From the NCBI GenBank assembly GCA_037440005.1, contig JBBIUY010000009.1, positions 9,200-73,199 on the forward strand: a DNA stretch of 64,000 bases, read 5' to 3'. Below, piece after piece: positions 20,259-31,012 of the stretch. The position numbers were made by a program, and so were the translations under genes. Position 1 is the first letter of the stretch. Each line of letters opens with the position of its first letter. The notes beneath the pieces were generated by a model. It did not search any database, had not been told where the DNA came from, and saw only the letters and a list, made by a program, of their open reading frames with translations. The DNA is from Armatimonadota bacterium (GTDB taxonomy: Bacteria > Sysuimicrobiota > Sysuimicrobiia > Sysuimicrobiales > Kaftiobacteriaceae).

Positions 20259-21164
20259 CTAGCGGACCTCCACCGTGAGGACCAGATCCCGGGACCGGGG
20301 AGCCAGGGGCAGGCGCACCCGGATCGTGTACGTCCCCGGCCGCCGCGCCCGGTAGCCCTGCTCCACCAGGTCCAGGCGGGCGTCCGGCACCACCAGGGCC
20401 GCCGCTCCCCCGCGGCTGGCCACCACCCGCAGGGGCTGCCGGACGTGCAGGCGGACCCGGTCGGTGGCCGCCACCACCGCGTCCGTGCGGACGCCGTAGT
20501 ACCAGCTCACCGCCGGCCAGGGGCCGGGCAGTTCGGCCGGAGGCGGCTGGCGGCGGAAGGCGCGGCCGTCCCACGCCCACGCCGCCTGGGCCGACTCGAC
20601 GATCCACCGACCGTCCACCCGCAGCCGCTGGGGCGCCCGTCCCCGGTGCATCACCGTCACCGCCCCCCGGGCCAGCCCGACCACCCGGTACGCGGTGGCG
20701 CCGCCGTCATCAAGCCCGCTGAAGACCGCCGCCTCCCGGCCGTCTCCCAGCTCCACGGCGTCCGCCGACAGGGGCAGCGGCCCCGGCAGGACGTCGCGGT
20801 AGATCACCGTCGGCCGGCGGCGCAGGCGGTCGGAGGCCACCAGCAGGGCCAGATGGACGACCGTCCGGCTGCCGGGAGCGGCGGGGACCACCGCCACCAC
20901 GGCCGCCTCCTGGGGACGGGCTCCGTCGAGCTCCAGGCGGACCAGGCTGTGGATCACCGATCCGCGGGGAAGCAGGTCCAGGACCGCCCCGGTGCCCACC
21001 GCCGGCGCCGGAGCCGTCAGCCAGGCCGCCAGCACCGCCAGCAGGACGGCGGCCAGGAGGACCTTCCCAGGCCACCCCGCGCCCGTCCGCCCGCCGCCCG
21101 CCGCGGGAAGAACCGCCCGGCCTCGGGCGCCCGTCCTGCCGGCGACCGGCGGGGACACCGCCAT
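20259..21164 (-). CDS. Hypothetical exported or membrane-anchored protein
   Basis: Hydrophobic N-terminal segment followed by a beta-rich region; follows the ABC operon. Confidence 0.55.
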   Translation of the reverse strand: MAVSPPVAGRTGARGRAVLPAAGGGRTGAGWPGKVLLAAVLLAVLAAWLTAPAPAVGTGAVLDLLPRGSVIHSLVRLELDGARPQEAAVVAVVPAAPGSRTVVHLALLVASDRLRRRPTVIYRDVLPGPLPLSADAVELGDGREAAVFSGLDDGGATAYRVVGLARGAVTVMHRGRAPQRLRVDGRWIVESAQAAWAWDGRAFRRQPPPAELPGPWPAVSWYYGVRTDAVVAATDRVRLHVRQPLRVVASRGGAAALVVPDARLDLVEQGYRARRPGTYTIRVRLPLAPRSRDLVLTVEVR

Positions 21165-21181
21165 GGGGGTCACACAGGCTC

Positions 21182-22138
21182 CTACTGCGACCCGCGCAGA
21201 CGCGGGTCCAGGATGTCCCGGAACGCGTCGCCCAGCAGGTTCCACCCCAGCACGAACAGGGAGATGGCCAGTCCCGGAAAGACGAAGGTGAACCAGTACT
21301 CCAGGGCGTGGCCCGGGCTGCCGATGATCCACGATCGGGACAGGTTGATCAGCATCCCCCAGTCGGCGTAGCCCACCTCGGCCCCCAGGCCCAGAAAGGA
21401 CAGGGCGGCGGCGGAGATCACGACGCTGGCCATGTCCAGCGACCCGTACACCACCACCGGGTAGATGGTGTTGGGGATGACGTGCCGCACGAAGATGCGC
21501 AGGTCGCCGGCCCCCAGGGCCCGGGCCGCTTCCACGAAGTCCCGCTGCCGGATGGACAGGATCTCGCCCCGCAGCAGCCGGGCGTAGGTGGGCCAGGACA
21601 CCAACGACAGGGCGATGAGGACCTTGTCCAGCCCCTTGCCCAGGATGGCCACGATCACCACGGCCAGGATCAGGCCGGGGAAGGCCAAAAAGACGTCGGT
21701 GAGGCGCATGAACAGCTCGTCCACCCGCCCGCCGCGGTACCCGGCCAGCCCGCCCACCACCAGGCCGATGGCCACCGAGATCCCGATCACCGTCAGGGAG
21801 ACCCGGAAGGCGGTGCGGGTGCCCCACACGATGCCGTAGTAGAGGTCGAACTGCTCGGTGGTGGTGCCGAAGGGGTGTCCCGGATGCGGCGGCCGCGGGT
21901 CGGGCGCGAACGACTCGTGGGGGATCTGGTAGGGGTCCCGGTGGCCGGGCGGCGGAGGGGCCAGGACCGGCGCCAGGATCGCCACCAGCACGAAGAAGAC
22001 GATCAGCCCCAGCCCCACCACCGACAGGGGGTTGCGCCGCAGGCGCCGCAGCAGGTCCAGGGTGCCGCTGCGCCAGGCGGCCATCCGGGTGGGGGCCGGG
22101 TGGGCGAGGGAGGTGGCGGTGGCGCGCACGCCGGGCAT
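21182..22138 (-). CDS. Peptide ABC transporter permease (DppC/OppC-like)
   Basis: HPFGT, FVEAARALGA EAA motif, TM helices. Confidence 0.92.
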   Translation of the reverse strand: MPGVRATATSLAHPAPTRMAAWRSGTLDLLRRLRRNPLSVVGLGLIVFFVLVAILAPVLAPPPPGHRDPYQIPHESFAPDPRPPHPGHPFGTTTEQFDLYYGIVWGTRTAFRVSLTVIGISVAIGLVVGGLAGYRGGRVDELFMRLTDVFLAFPGLILAVVIVAILGKGLDKVLIALSLVSWPTYARLLRGEILSIRQRDFVEAARALGAGDLRIFVRHVIPNTIYPVVVYGSLDMASVVISAAALSFLGLGAEVGYADWGMLINLSRSWIIGSPGHALEYWFTFVFPGLAISLFVLGWNLLGDAFRDILDPRLRGSQ

Positions 22139-22140
22139 GG

Positions 22141-23163
22141 TCAGTACCGGATCCGCGGATCCACCAGGGCGTACAGGATGTCGGCGGCCATGTTGCCCAG
22201 GACCGTGAGGACCGCCACGAACAGCGCGAACCCCGTCACCGCGGCGATGTCCAGCTGGGCGGCCGCCTGGGCTCCCCACCGGCCGATGCCCGGCAGGTCG
22301 AAGATGGTCTCGGTGATCACCGCCCCCGACAGCAGCCCCACCAGGACCAGGCTGCTGAGGGTGATGACCGGGATCAGGGCGTTGCGCCGGGCGTGCTTGC
22401 GGATCACCGTGGGCTCGTCCAGCCCCTTGGCCCGGGCGGTGCGCACGTAGTCCTGCCGCAGGGTTTCCAGCATGGACGAGCGGGTCACCCGCACCAGGAC
22501 CGCCGCGATGAAGTAGGCCAGGGTCAGCGACGGCAGGACCAGGTGGCGCAGGGCGTCCCAGAAGATCCACCACTGCCGGTTGAGCAGTGCATCCACCGTC
22601 ATCATGCCCGTGTAGCGGCGGAACTGGTCCGAGTGGACGAACAGGTCGGCCTCCAGGGACAGCCGCCCCGGCGGGAACCAGGGCAGGATGCCGTAGAACA
22701 GCAGCAGCAACGCCAGCCCCCACACGAAGGTGGGCAGCCCCGTGCCGGCGATGGACAGGACCCGGGACAGGTGGTCGATCCACCGGTCCTTGTGCACCGC
22801 CGACAGGGTCCCCAGCCAGATGCCCACCCCCACGATCAGGCCGAAGGACAGCACCGTGAGCTCCACCGTCATGGGGAAGTAGCCCCGGATGGCCTCGGCC
22901 ACCGTCTGGCGGGCCACGAAGGAGTAGCCCAGGTCGCCCCGCAGGACCCCCCGCAGCCAGGTCCCGTACTGCTCGTAGAAGGGCCGGTCCAGCCCGTACT
23001 TGCGCACGATGGCCGGCAGGTCCCGCATCTGGTTGGCGTCGCGGACGAACAGGCTGGCCCGCATGGCCGGGGAGAGCAGCTGGGTGAGGGCGAAGATCAG
23101 GATCGTCGTCCCCAGGACCACCAGGGGGAGCAGGAGCAGGCGGCGCAGGATGAAGGTCAGCAC
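22141..23163 (-). CDS. Peptide ABC transporter permease (DppB/OppB-like)
   Basis: GDLGYS, DYVRTARAKGL, DPRIRY. Confidence 0.93.
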   Translation of the reverse strand: MLTFILRRLLLLPLVVLGTTILIFALTQLLSPAMRASLFVRDANQMRDLPAIVRKYGLDRPFYEQYGTWLRGVLRGDLGYSFVARQTVAEAIRGYFPMTVELTVLSFGLIVGVGIWLGTLSAVHKDRWIDHLSRVLSIAGTGLPTFVWGLALLLLFYGILPWFPPGRLSLEADLFVHSDQFRRYTGMMTVDALLNRQWWIFWDALRHLVLPSLTLAYFIAAVLVRVTRSSMLETLRQDYVRTARAKGLDEPTVIRKHARRNALIPVITLSSLVLVGLLSGAVITETIFDLPGIGRWGAQAAAQLDIAAVTGFALFVAVLTVLGNMAADILYALVDPRIRY

Positions 23164-23236
23164 GGCCGCGGGCAGCCAGGACGGGGAGGCGGGGCGCCCC
23201 GCCTCCCCGTCCCGTGTCAGGCGCGCCCCACCCGGG

Positions 23237-25018
23237 TCACTGCCCCTTGCTCAGGGTGTACAGGTACCCGGTGGGCACGAAGAAGATCGGGTTCCAGTAC
23301 CAGCCCCGCACCCAGGTCCGCATCACCGTGAAGCCGGTCGGGTAGCCCAGGTAGATGGTCGGCACGTCGCTGTAGGCGATCTCCTGCAGCCGGAAGTAGC
23401 TCTGCCGGCGGCGCTCCGGGTTGGCGGTGCGCTGGGCCTCCTCGATCAGCCGGTCCACCTCGGGGTTCTTGTAGGACTGGGCGCCGGTGAACGTCCCGTT
23501 GCTGTGCATGAACGGGTAGACGAAGTTGTCCGGGTCGGCGTAGTCGGCGGCCCACCCCAGGAAGTAGATGGGCAGCTTGCCCTCGTTCTCCTGGGCCAGG
23601 TAGGTGGACCAGGCCAGCCCCTGGGTGTCCACCTTGAACTTGGGGTTGAGGGCCTCCAGGTTGCTCTTGAGGATCTGGGAGGCGATGCGGCGGGCCGTGT
23701 TGCCGCTGTTGAACAGGACCGTCATCTTGAAGCCCTGGTCCCACACCCGGCCGCCCCAGGCCTCCCGCCACTCGGCGATGGCCCGGTCCCGGTTGGTGGT
23801 GTACCACTGGCCCCGGGGGTTGTAGCCGAACATGCCCCGGGGGATGGGGCCGTTGCCCAGGGTGATCTTGCCCCGGTAGGCATCCCGGGCGAAGGTGGCG
23901 TAGTCGAAGGAGTAGGCGATGGCCCGGCGCACGTGCACGTCGCTGAAGAAGTCGGGCGGGATGCCGTTGCCGTCCAGTTTGCCGCTGCCGATGTAGGGGT
24001 TGCCCTCGGCATTGATCTTGAGGTTCATGAACAGCGCCTGGGTGACGAAGGTGGCCAGGTCGTCCACGATGCGCACGCCGGCCAGGCCTTCCACCTGGGA
24101 CTGCTCGGCGCGCCCCACGTCGATGACGTCGGCGTCGCCCTGCTGCAGCATCAGCCGGCGGGTGGCGAACTCCTCCACGGTCCGGAAGATGACCCGCCGC
24201 AGCGCCGGCGGGTTGCCCCGCCAGTAGCGCTCGTTGCGGACCAGGACCACGGTCTTGTTCTGCCGGTCCCACCGCTCGATGACGAACGGCCCGGACCCGA
24301 TGGCGCCGTCAAACAGCTTGGTGTCCGAGTTGGTCTTGGGGTTGTTGAGCCGGGCCACCCCCGCCTTGGTACCGTCCCAGTCGCCCTTGGCGATGGCCGC
24401 CTTCTTGCTGATTACCATGGACCAGCTGGCCATGATGTTCAGGAACGGCGCGTAGGGGCGGTGCAGGGTGATGACCACGTTGTTGCCCCGCACCTGGATC
24501 GCCCGGTTGATCTTGTCGTAGATGTCGGGCTTGAGGTTGCCGTCCTTGTCCCGGGTGGTGTCCTCCCCGATGATGGTGGACAGCAGGATCCAGGACGGCC
24601 CTCCGTCCCGGTCCATGAGCATGAAGCGCATCAGGGAGTACTTCACGTCCTCGGGGGTCACGGGCGTGCCGTCGCTGAACCGCGCCCGCTCGTCGATGGG
24701 GAAGGTGAAGGTGCGGGCGTCGGCGGAGATGAGCCCGTTCTGCAGGCTGGGCACCTGCTTGGCCAGCAGCGGCACGTAGTCGCCCACCGAGATCCCCCGG
24801 AAGAAGATCAGGGTCTCGTAGACGTTCCACAACGTCGTCCCGCTGCTCAGGGTGTCGTACTGCCACGCCGGGTCCAGGGAGTCGTGGTCGCCGGCGTGGG
24901 CGTAGATGAGCGTGTCGGGGTTCTTGACCGCCTGCCCCTGGGCCACCCCCGGCACGCCCACCAGGGCCAGCGCCAGGAGCAGGGTCAGATACAGCAGCCA
25001 CCGTCGTGTTCCGCTCAT
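23237..25018 (-). CDS. Family 5 ABC substrate-binding protein
   Basis: Signal peptide from ATG 25018, SLDPA..YD, FSDGTPVTPEDVKYS, GSGPF, WAADYADP. Confidence 0.92.
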   Translation of the reverse strand: MSGTRRWLLYLTLLLALALVGVPGVAQGQAVKNPDTLIYAHAGDHDSLDPAWQYDTLSSGTTLWNVYETLIFFRGISVGDYVPLLAKQVPSLQNGLISADARTFTFPIDERARFSDGTPVTPEDVKYSLMRFMLMDRDGGPSWILLSTIIGEDTTRDKDGNLKPDIYDKINRAIQVRGNNVVITLHRPYAPFLNIMASWSMVISKKAAIAKGDWDGTKAGVARLNNPKTNSDTKLFDGAIGSGPFVIERWDRQNKTVVLVRNERYWRGNPPALRRVIFRTVEEFATRRLMLQQGDADVIDVGRAEQSQVEGLAGVRIVDDLATFVTQALFMNLKINAEGNPYIGSGKLDGNGIPPDFFSDVHVRRAIAYSFDYATFARDAYRGKITLGNGPIPRGMFGYNPRGQWYTTNRDRAIAEWREAWGGRVWDQGFKMTVLFNSGNTARRIASQILKSNLEALNPKFKVDTQGLAWSTYLAQENEGKLPIYFLGWAADYADPDNFVYPFMHSNGTFTGAQSYKNPEVDRLIEEAQRTANPERRRQSYFRLQEIAYSDVPTIYLGYPTGFTVMRTWVRGWYWNPIFFVPTGYLYTLSKGQ

Positions 25019-25119
25019 GCCTCCGGCCTCCTTCGCCTCTCGCGTGGCGTCGTGGTCATCCGCGAAGCCTTCCCACCGGTCTCCGGGTGCCTCCGGCCAC
25101 CACCTCCTCTCGCGCCATG

Positions 25120-26154
25120 CTACGATGCGGGTTGCTTCAGCACCGCCGCCTTGCTGCGCTGGTGGCGGAAGGGCTGCACCTCGCAGGCCACGTAGTGTCC
25201 GGCGCCCGTGACGTCCACCAGGTGCTGCTCGTTCACCCGGCAGCTGGGCCGGGCATACAGGCAGCGGGTGTGGAAGCGGCAGCCCGACGGCGGGTTCACC
25301 GGGCTGGGGACGTCGCCGGGCAGGATGACCCGCTCCCGCCGCAGGCCCGGGTGGGGGATGGGCACCGCCGACAGGAGCGCCTCGGTGTACGGGTGCTGGG
25401 GGTTGCTGAACAGCTCGTCGGCGTCGGCGATCTCCACGATCTTCCCCAGGTACATGACGGCGATGCGGTCGCTGATGTGCTTGACCACCGACAGGTCGTG
25501 GGCGATGAACAGGTAGGTGAGCCCGAACTCCTTCTGCAGCTCCTCCAGCAGGTTGAGGACCTGGGCCTGGATGCTCACATCCAGGGCCGACACCGGTTCG
25601 TCGCAGATGATGAGTTTGGGGTTGACCGCCAGGGCCCGGGCGATGCCGATGCGCTGGCGCTGACCCCCGCTGAACTCGTGGGGGTACCGGTTCATGTGGT
25701 AGGGGGACAGCCCCACCACCTCCAGCAGCTCCTGGACCCGGCGGGTCTTCTCCTTGCCCCGGGCCAGGTTGTGGATCTCCAGGGGCTCGCCAATGATGTC
25801 CCCCACCGTCATGCGCGGGTTCAGGGACGAGTAGGGGTCCTGGAAGATGATCTGCATGTTGCGGCGCAGGCGGCGCAGCTCTTCCTTGGTGAGGGTGAAG
25901 ATGTTGCGGCCCTCGAAGTAGACCTCGCCGCTGGTGGGTTCCATCAGCCGCAGGATGACCCGGCCCAGGGTGGTCTTGCCGCACCCCGACTCGCCCACCA
26001 GGCCCAGGGTCTCGCCCCGGCGGATGGTGAAGGACACCCCGTCCACGGCCTTGACAGCCCCCACCTGCCGCTGGAAGATGAACCCCTTGGTGACGGGAAA
26101 GTGCTTGACCAGGTTGCGGACTTCCAGGATGACGTCGCTGCCTGCGGTGCTCAC
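25120..26154 (-). CDS. Peptide ABC transporter ATPase (OppF/DppF-like)
   Basis: [24 protein letters not shown], Cys-rich C-terminal motif. Confidence 0.95.
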   Translation of the reverse strand: MSTAGSDVILEVRNLVKHFPVTKGFIFQRQVGAVKAVDGVSFTIRRGETLGLVGESGCGKTTLGRVILRLMEPTSGEVYFEGRNIFTLTKEELRRLRRNMQIIFQDPYSSLNPRMTVGDIIGEPLEIHNLARGKEKTRRVQELLEVVGLSPYHMNRYPHEFSGGQRQRIGIARALAVNPKLIICDEPVSALDVSIQAQVLNLLEELQKEFGLTYLFIAHDLSVVKHISDRIAVMYLGKIVEIADADELFSNPQHPYTEALLSAVPIPHPGLRRERVILPGDVPSPVNPPSGCRFHTRCLYARPSCRVNEQHLVDVTGAGHYVACEVQPFRHQRSKAAVLKQPAS

Positions 26155-26228
26155 GCGTCCCTCCCCGCCGGCGGGACCTCCCGCCCGTCTTCCATCATAG
26201 AGGACTCACCGCCCGCCCGCCACGCCCG

Positions 26229-27263
26229 CTAGCGGTAGCGGGAGGCGGCCAGTCCGGCGGCGGCCGCCGCCCGCTTCTCCTCCTCGGTGGCGTGCTCGCT
26301 GTGCAGGTAGCACCGGGACGTGTGGTCCGGCGCCACCGGGTACTCGGGCGGGTCGGCCTTCACGCAGATCTCCATGGCGAACGGACACCGGGGAGCGAAG
26401 GCGCACCCCGGCGGCAGGTCGATCAGGCTGGGCGGCTGTCCCTCGATGGGGATCAGCCGCTCCTTGCGCTCGTACAGCTTGGGGATGGAGTGCAGCAGGC
26501 CCCAGGTGTACGGATGCTGGGGGTTGTTGAAGATCTCCTCCACCGGCGCCCGCTCCACCGGCCGGCCGGCGTACATCACCACCACGTCGTCGCACATCTC
26601 GGCGACCACGCCCAGGTTGTGGGTGATCAGGATCACCGACATGTGGAACTCCTGCTGCAGCTCGCGGATGAGGTCCAGGATCTGGGCCTGGATGGTCACG
26701 TCCAGGGCCGTGGTGGGCTCGTCGGCGATGAGGATGCTGGGGTTGCAGGACAGGGCCATGGCGATCATCACCCGCTGGCGCATGCCGCCGCTGAACTGGT
26801 GGGGGTAGTCCCGCACCCGCTCCCGGGCCAGCGGGATGCGGACCTTCTCCAGCATCTCCACGGCCCGGTCCCAGGCGTCCTTCTTGGACAGCCCCTGGTG
26901 CAGCATCACCGCCTCGGCGATCTGCTCCCCGATGGTCAGGACCGGGTTCAGGGACGTCATGGGCTCCTGGAAGATCATGGCGATCCGGTTGCCGCGGATG
27001 CGGCGCATCTCCTCCTCGGACAGCCGCAGCAGGTCCCGACCCTCGAACAGGATCTGGCCCTCCACGATCTTGCCGGGAGGCTGGGGGATCAGGCGCATGA
27101 TGGACAGGGCGTGCACGCTCTTGCCGCACCCCGACTCGCCCACGATCCCCAGGGTCTCGCCCTTGCGCAGGTCGTAGGACAGGCCGTCCACCGCCTTGAC
27201 CACGCCCTCGTCGGTGTAGAAATACGTCTTCAGGTTGCGCACCGACAGCAGCACGTCCGCCAT
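26229..27263 (-). CDS. Peptide ABC transporter ATPase (OppD/DppD-like)
   Basis: [24 protein letters not shown]. Confidence 0.95.
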   Translation of the reverse strand: MADVLLSVRNLKTYFYTDEGVVKAVDGLSYDLRKGETLGIVGESGCGKSVHALSIMRLIPQPPGKIVEGQILFEGRDLLRLSEEEMRRIRGNRIAMIFQEPMTSLNPVLTIGEQIAEAVMLHQGLSKKDAWDRAVEMLEKVRIPLARERVRDYPHQFSGGMRQRVMIAMALSCNPSILIADEPTTALDVTIQAQILDLIRELQQEFHMSVILITHNLGVVAEMCDDVVVMYAGRPVERAPVEEIFNNPQHPYTWGLLHSIPKLYERKERLIPIEGQPPSLIDLPPGCAFAPRCPFAMEICVKADPPEYPVAPDHTSRCYLHSEHATEEEKRAAAAAGLAASRYR

Positions 27264-27337
27264 CCGGTCACCTCACGGCCGCAAACGTCCACACAACCCT
27301 TTTTTCTTCGGCGCCGGCTCCCCTCTCCCTGCCCGGC

Positions 27338-29014
27338 TCACTCCTCCCAGGCCCACTGCCAGGCGTTCCAGGGCAGAAACGACCCCACCAGCCCGGTGGG
27401 GCGGACCCCCCGGATCTCCCGGCGGGCGGTAGTCAGGGACAGGCCGAAGTACAGGGGCAGAGCCGGCAGGTCCTCGGCGAACACCTCCTGATGCCGCCGC
27501 AGCAAAGCGTTGCGGCGGTCGGGGTCCAGCTCGGTCGCCAGCTGCTCCATCAGCCGGTCGCTCTCGGCGTTGCGCCAGCCGGCGCGGTTGTTGCCCTCCC
27601 AGTTGTTGGCCGCCGACGGGATCTGGCTGCTGTGGAACCGGTCGAAGGCGGTGGACTCGGGGGAGAAGACGCTGGTGTACATGGCCAAGTGCGGGAACTG
27701 GCGGCGGGGCACGATGGTGCCCAGGAACACCGAGGACGGCCGGTTGTCGATGCGCACGTCCACCCCCACCGCCCGCAGCTGCTCCCGGATCAGCTGCTGC
27801 ACCTGCTCCCGGGCGGCGTGGCCCGCGGTGGTCATGAACACCAGCTCCAGCCGCCGGCCCTGGCCGTCCCGCAGGATGCCGTCCGGGCCCGGAGCGAACC
27901 CCGCCTCGGCCAGCAGGGCCCGGGCGCGGGCGGGGTCGTAGGGGTAGCGGCGGACCCGGGGGTTGTGGGCCGGGTGGCGGGGCGGCAGCCACGAGTGGGC
28001 CACGGGCTGGCGGCCGCCGAACAGGGCCGCGACGATTCCCTCCCGGTCGATGGCGTAGGCCAGGGCCTGGCGCACCCGCCGGTCGCGCAGCCACTCGTCG
28101 TCCAGGTTGAAGTCGATGCGCTCCCACCGCAGCGACTCGGTGTAGTGGGCCGCCATCCAGGGCGCCCGGCGCTCGACCTCGGCCATCTGCTCCAGGCTGA
28201 AGTTGCCGATCTCGGTGGCGTCCACCTGGCCGGCGAGCACGTTGGCCAGCAGCACGCTGCTGTCCAGGATGAACCGGAACACCAGGCGGCGGATCCGGGG
28301 GGCGCCCGGGGGCCAGCGGTCGTAGGCCTCCACCGTGATGTGGCTGCCCGGCACCCACTCCACGAACCGGTACGGCCCGTTGCCCACCGGCGCCCGCCAG
28401 TAGGGGTGGGCCCGCAGGCTGGCGGGGTCTTTCAGGTAGGCCGCCTCCAGGAGGTGGCGGGGGTAGATGACGTCGGTGCCGAAGGGCGACGACCCGGCGA
28501 AGGGCCACGGCTCGTTCCACTGCACCACCAGGGTGTAGGGGTCGGCCGGGTTGGGGACGGTGACGTTGTCCACCTTGCGCAGGATGAACCGGCTCACCTG
28601 GGGGGTGCGGGGGTGGCGCAGCATGCCGTAGGTGAACCGGAAGTCCAGGGCCGTCACCGGGCGGCCGTCGTGCCAGGTGAACCCCCGGCGCAGCCGCCAG
28701 GTGACCCGCATCCGGCCCCCCGGCAGCAGTTCCCAGTCGCCGTCCCCCACCCGGGGCAGCTTCTCCACCAGCAGCGGCATGCGGACCCACCGGTCGGTGA
28801 ACGGCGCCACCGACGCCCATAGGACGTTGCGCACCACGCCCTCGGCGGACATAATGGAAAACTCCCCGAGGATGTCGGGCTCCTGGCCCATGCCGATGAT
28901 CACCGTGTCGCGGGCAGGCGCCGCCGGCGCCCCGGTCGCGGCCAGCCCCAGCGAGACCACCGCCGCCACCGCCGCCGCACCCCGTCCAAGCCCCGTCCTC
29001 CTCACCCGTGCCAC
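27338..29014 (-). CDS. Family 5 ABC substrate-binding protein
   Basis: Signal peptide, QEPD, WHDGRPVT, GNGPYRF, VRQALAYAIDRE. Confidence 0.92.
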   Translation of the reverse strand: MARVRRTGLGRGAAAVAAVVSLGLAATGAPAAPARDTVIIGMGQEPDILGEFSIMSAEGVVRNVLWASVAPFTDRWVRMPLLVEKLPRVGDGDWELLPGGRMRVTWRLRRGFTWHDGRPVTALDFRFTYGMLRHPRTPQVSRFILRKVDNVTVPNPADPYTLVVQWNEPWPFAGSSPFGTDVIYPRHLLEAAYLKDPASLRAHPYWRAPVGNGPYRFVEWVPGSHITVEAYDRWPPGAPRIRRLVFRFILDSSVLLANVLAGQVDATEIGNFSLEQMAEVERRAPWMAAHYTESLRWERIDFNLDDEWLRDRRVRQALAYAIDREGIVAALFGGRQPVAHSWLPPRHPAHNPRVRRYPYDPARARALLAEAGFAPGPDGILRDGQGRRLELVFMTTAGHAAREQVQQLIREQLRAVGVDVRIDNRPSSVFLGTIVPRRQFPHLAMYTSVFSPESTAFDRFHSSQIPSAANNWEGNNRAGWRNAESDRLMEQLATELDPDRRNALLRRHQEVFAEDLPALPLYFGLSLTTARREIRGVRPTGLVGSFLPWNAWQWAWEE

Positions 29015-29118
29015 CTCCGGTTCCCGTGACCACCCGACGGCGCAAGGCCGCCGGCATTCCGTCCGTCCACCGTGTTCTGTGCGGCCGCCGCCGTCACCCT
29101 CTACGCCTCACCGCCCCG

Positions 29119-29985
29119 TCACTGCCGCCAGCGGGGATCGAGGGCGTCCCGCAGCCCGTCTCCCAGCAGGTTCAGGCCCAGGACAGCCAGGGCGAGGGCG
29201 CACCCGGGCGCCACCGCCAGCCAGGCGGCGGTCCACAGGTAGTCCTGGGCCCGGTGCAGCATGTTGCCCCAGGACGCCGTGGGCGGGGCGATCCCCAGTC
29301 CCAGGTAGCTGAGGGCGGACTCGCTGAGGATGGCGTGCCCGGCGGCCAGGGTGGCGGCCACCACCACCGGCCCGACGGTGTGGGGCAGCACGTGCCGCGC
29401 CAGCACCCGCGCCTCCGACGCCCCGGTGGCCCGGGCCGCCTCCACGAACGCCTCCTCGCGCAGCGCCAGGACCTGGGCGCGCACCAGGCGGGCCACCGGA
29501 GGCCAGCCGAACGCCGCCAGGATCAGGACCACCCGCACCGGCCCGCCTCCCGGCAGGAGGCCCGCCAGGATCAGGTACAGGGGGAGGGTCGGGACGGCCA
29601 GGAGCACGTCCACCGCCCGCATCAGCACCGTGTCGGCCCAGCCCCCGTGGTAGCCCGCCAGGGCCCCCACCACCGTCCCCACGGCCGCCACCAGGACCGC
29701 CACCGCGTAGCCGACGCCCAGGGAGACCCGGCCGGCGTGCAGCAGGCGCGACAGGACGTCCCTGCCGAGCTCGTCGGTCCCCAGGGGGTGTCCCCGGCCC
29801 GGCGGCAGCCAGCGCTCGGCCAGGCTGGACCGGTCGGGTGGAGCAGGCGCCAGCCAGGGGGCCAGCAGGGCCAGCCCCGTCAGCACGCCCGCCACCGCCG
29901 CCCCGGCCGCCGCCAGGCGGTGGCGGCGCAGCCGGCGGAGCGCAAGGCGCCAGGGCGGAACGAAGACGGCGGCAGCGGACGACAT
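29119..29985 (-). CDS. Peptide ABC permease (C-type)
   Basis: HPLGTDELGRD, FVEAARATGA. Confidence 0.92.
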   Translation of the reverse strand: MSSAAAVFVPPWRLALRRLRRHRLAAAGAAVAGVLTGLALLAPWLAPAPPDRSSLAERWLPPGRGHPLGTDELGRDVLSRLLHAGRVSLGVGYAVAVLVAAVGTVVGALAGYHGGWADTVLMRAVDVLLAVPTLPLYLILAGLLPGGGPVRVVLILAAFGWPPVARLVRAQVLALREEAFVEAARATGASEARVLARHVLPHTVGPVVVAATLAAGHAILSESALSYLGLGIAPPTASWGNMLHRAQDYLWTAAWLAVAPGCALALAVLGLNLLGDGLRDALDPRWRQ

Positions 29986-29991
29986 CTGTGC

Positions 29992-30957
29992 TCACCCGTA
30001 CCGGATGCGCGGGTCCACCGCCGCGTAGGCCACGTCGGCGGCCAGGTTGGCCAGGACCGTGACCGCGGCCAGCAGCATCAGGACGGCCATCGCCACCGGG
30101 TAGTCGTGGCCCAGGACCGCCTGGTACAGGAGCAGGCCCATGCCCGGCCAGCTGAAGACCGTCTCGGTGACCACCGCGCCGTCCAGCAGCCGGGGCACGG
30201 CCAGCGCCACCAGCGTGACCAGGGGCAGCAGGGCGTTGCGCAGCGCGTGGCGGCGCACCACCGACGTGCGGGGCAGACCCTTGGCCCGGGCGGTGCGGAT
30301 GTAGTCCTGGCCCAGGACCTCCAGCATGCTGGCGCGCGTATACCGCACCCAGGCGGCCATCCCGCCGACGGCCAGGACGACAGTGGGCAGGACCAGGTGC
30401 CGCACCCGGTCCACCGCCGCCGGGACGCCCGCCTCCACTCCGGGGGTCATCATCCCCCCCGCGGGCAGCCAGCGCAGCCACACGGCGAACACCAGGATGG
30501 CCACAATCCCCAGCCAGAACGCCGGGATGGCGAGGCCGGCCGCCGACAGGCCGGTGGCGGCGTAGTCCCATGCCGAGTGCGGGCGGACCGCCGCGCCGAC
30601 TCCCACTGCCACCCCCGCCGCCAGGGCCAGGGCGAACGCCGCCGCGGCCAGCTGCACGGTGGCTCCCAGGCGGCGGGCCACCAGCGCCCCCACCGGCTGG
30701 CTGTAGGTCCGCGAGTAGCCCAGATCGCCCCGCAGCACCCCCCGCAGCCACTTCACGTAGCGCACCGGCAGGGGGTCGTCCAGTCCGTACAAGGCCCTCA
30801 GCCGCGCCACGTCCTCGGGCAGCAGGTCCGGCCGCTGGGCCGCCAGCACCTCCACCGGGTCTCCGGGAGTGGCCGCCAGCAGGGCGAAGAACACCACCGA
30901 CAGCCCCGCCAGGACCACCAGGCTCTGGAAGAGGCGGCGGGCCAGGTAGGCGAGCAC
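29992..30957 (-). CDS. Peptide ABC permease (B-type)
   Basis: DYIRTARAKGL, DPRIRY. Confidence 0.92.
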   Translation of the reverse strand: MLAYLARRLFQSLVVLAGLSVVFFALLAATPGDPVEVLAAQRPDLLPEDVARLRALYGLDDPLPVRYVKWLRGVLRGDLGYSRTYSQPVGALVARRLGATVQLAAAAFALALAAGVAVGVGAAVRPHSAWDYAATGLSAAGLAIPAFWLGIVAILVFAVWLRWLPAGGMMTPGVEAGVPAAVDRVRHLVLPTVVLAVGGMAAWVRYTRASMLEVLGQDYIRTARAKGLPRTSVVRRHALRNALLPLVTLVALAVPRLLDGAVVTETVFSWPGMGLLLYQAVLGHDYPVAMAVLMLLAAVTVLANLAADVAYAAVDPRIRYG

Positions 30958-31012
30958 GGTCAGCCTCAGGGAGGGTCCGGTGTTCCGCCCCGGCGGCCAC
31001 CGGACCCGGCGT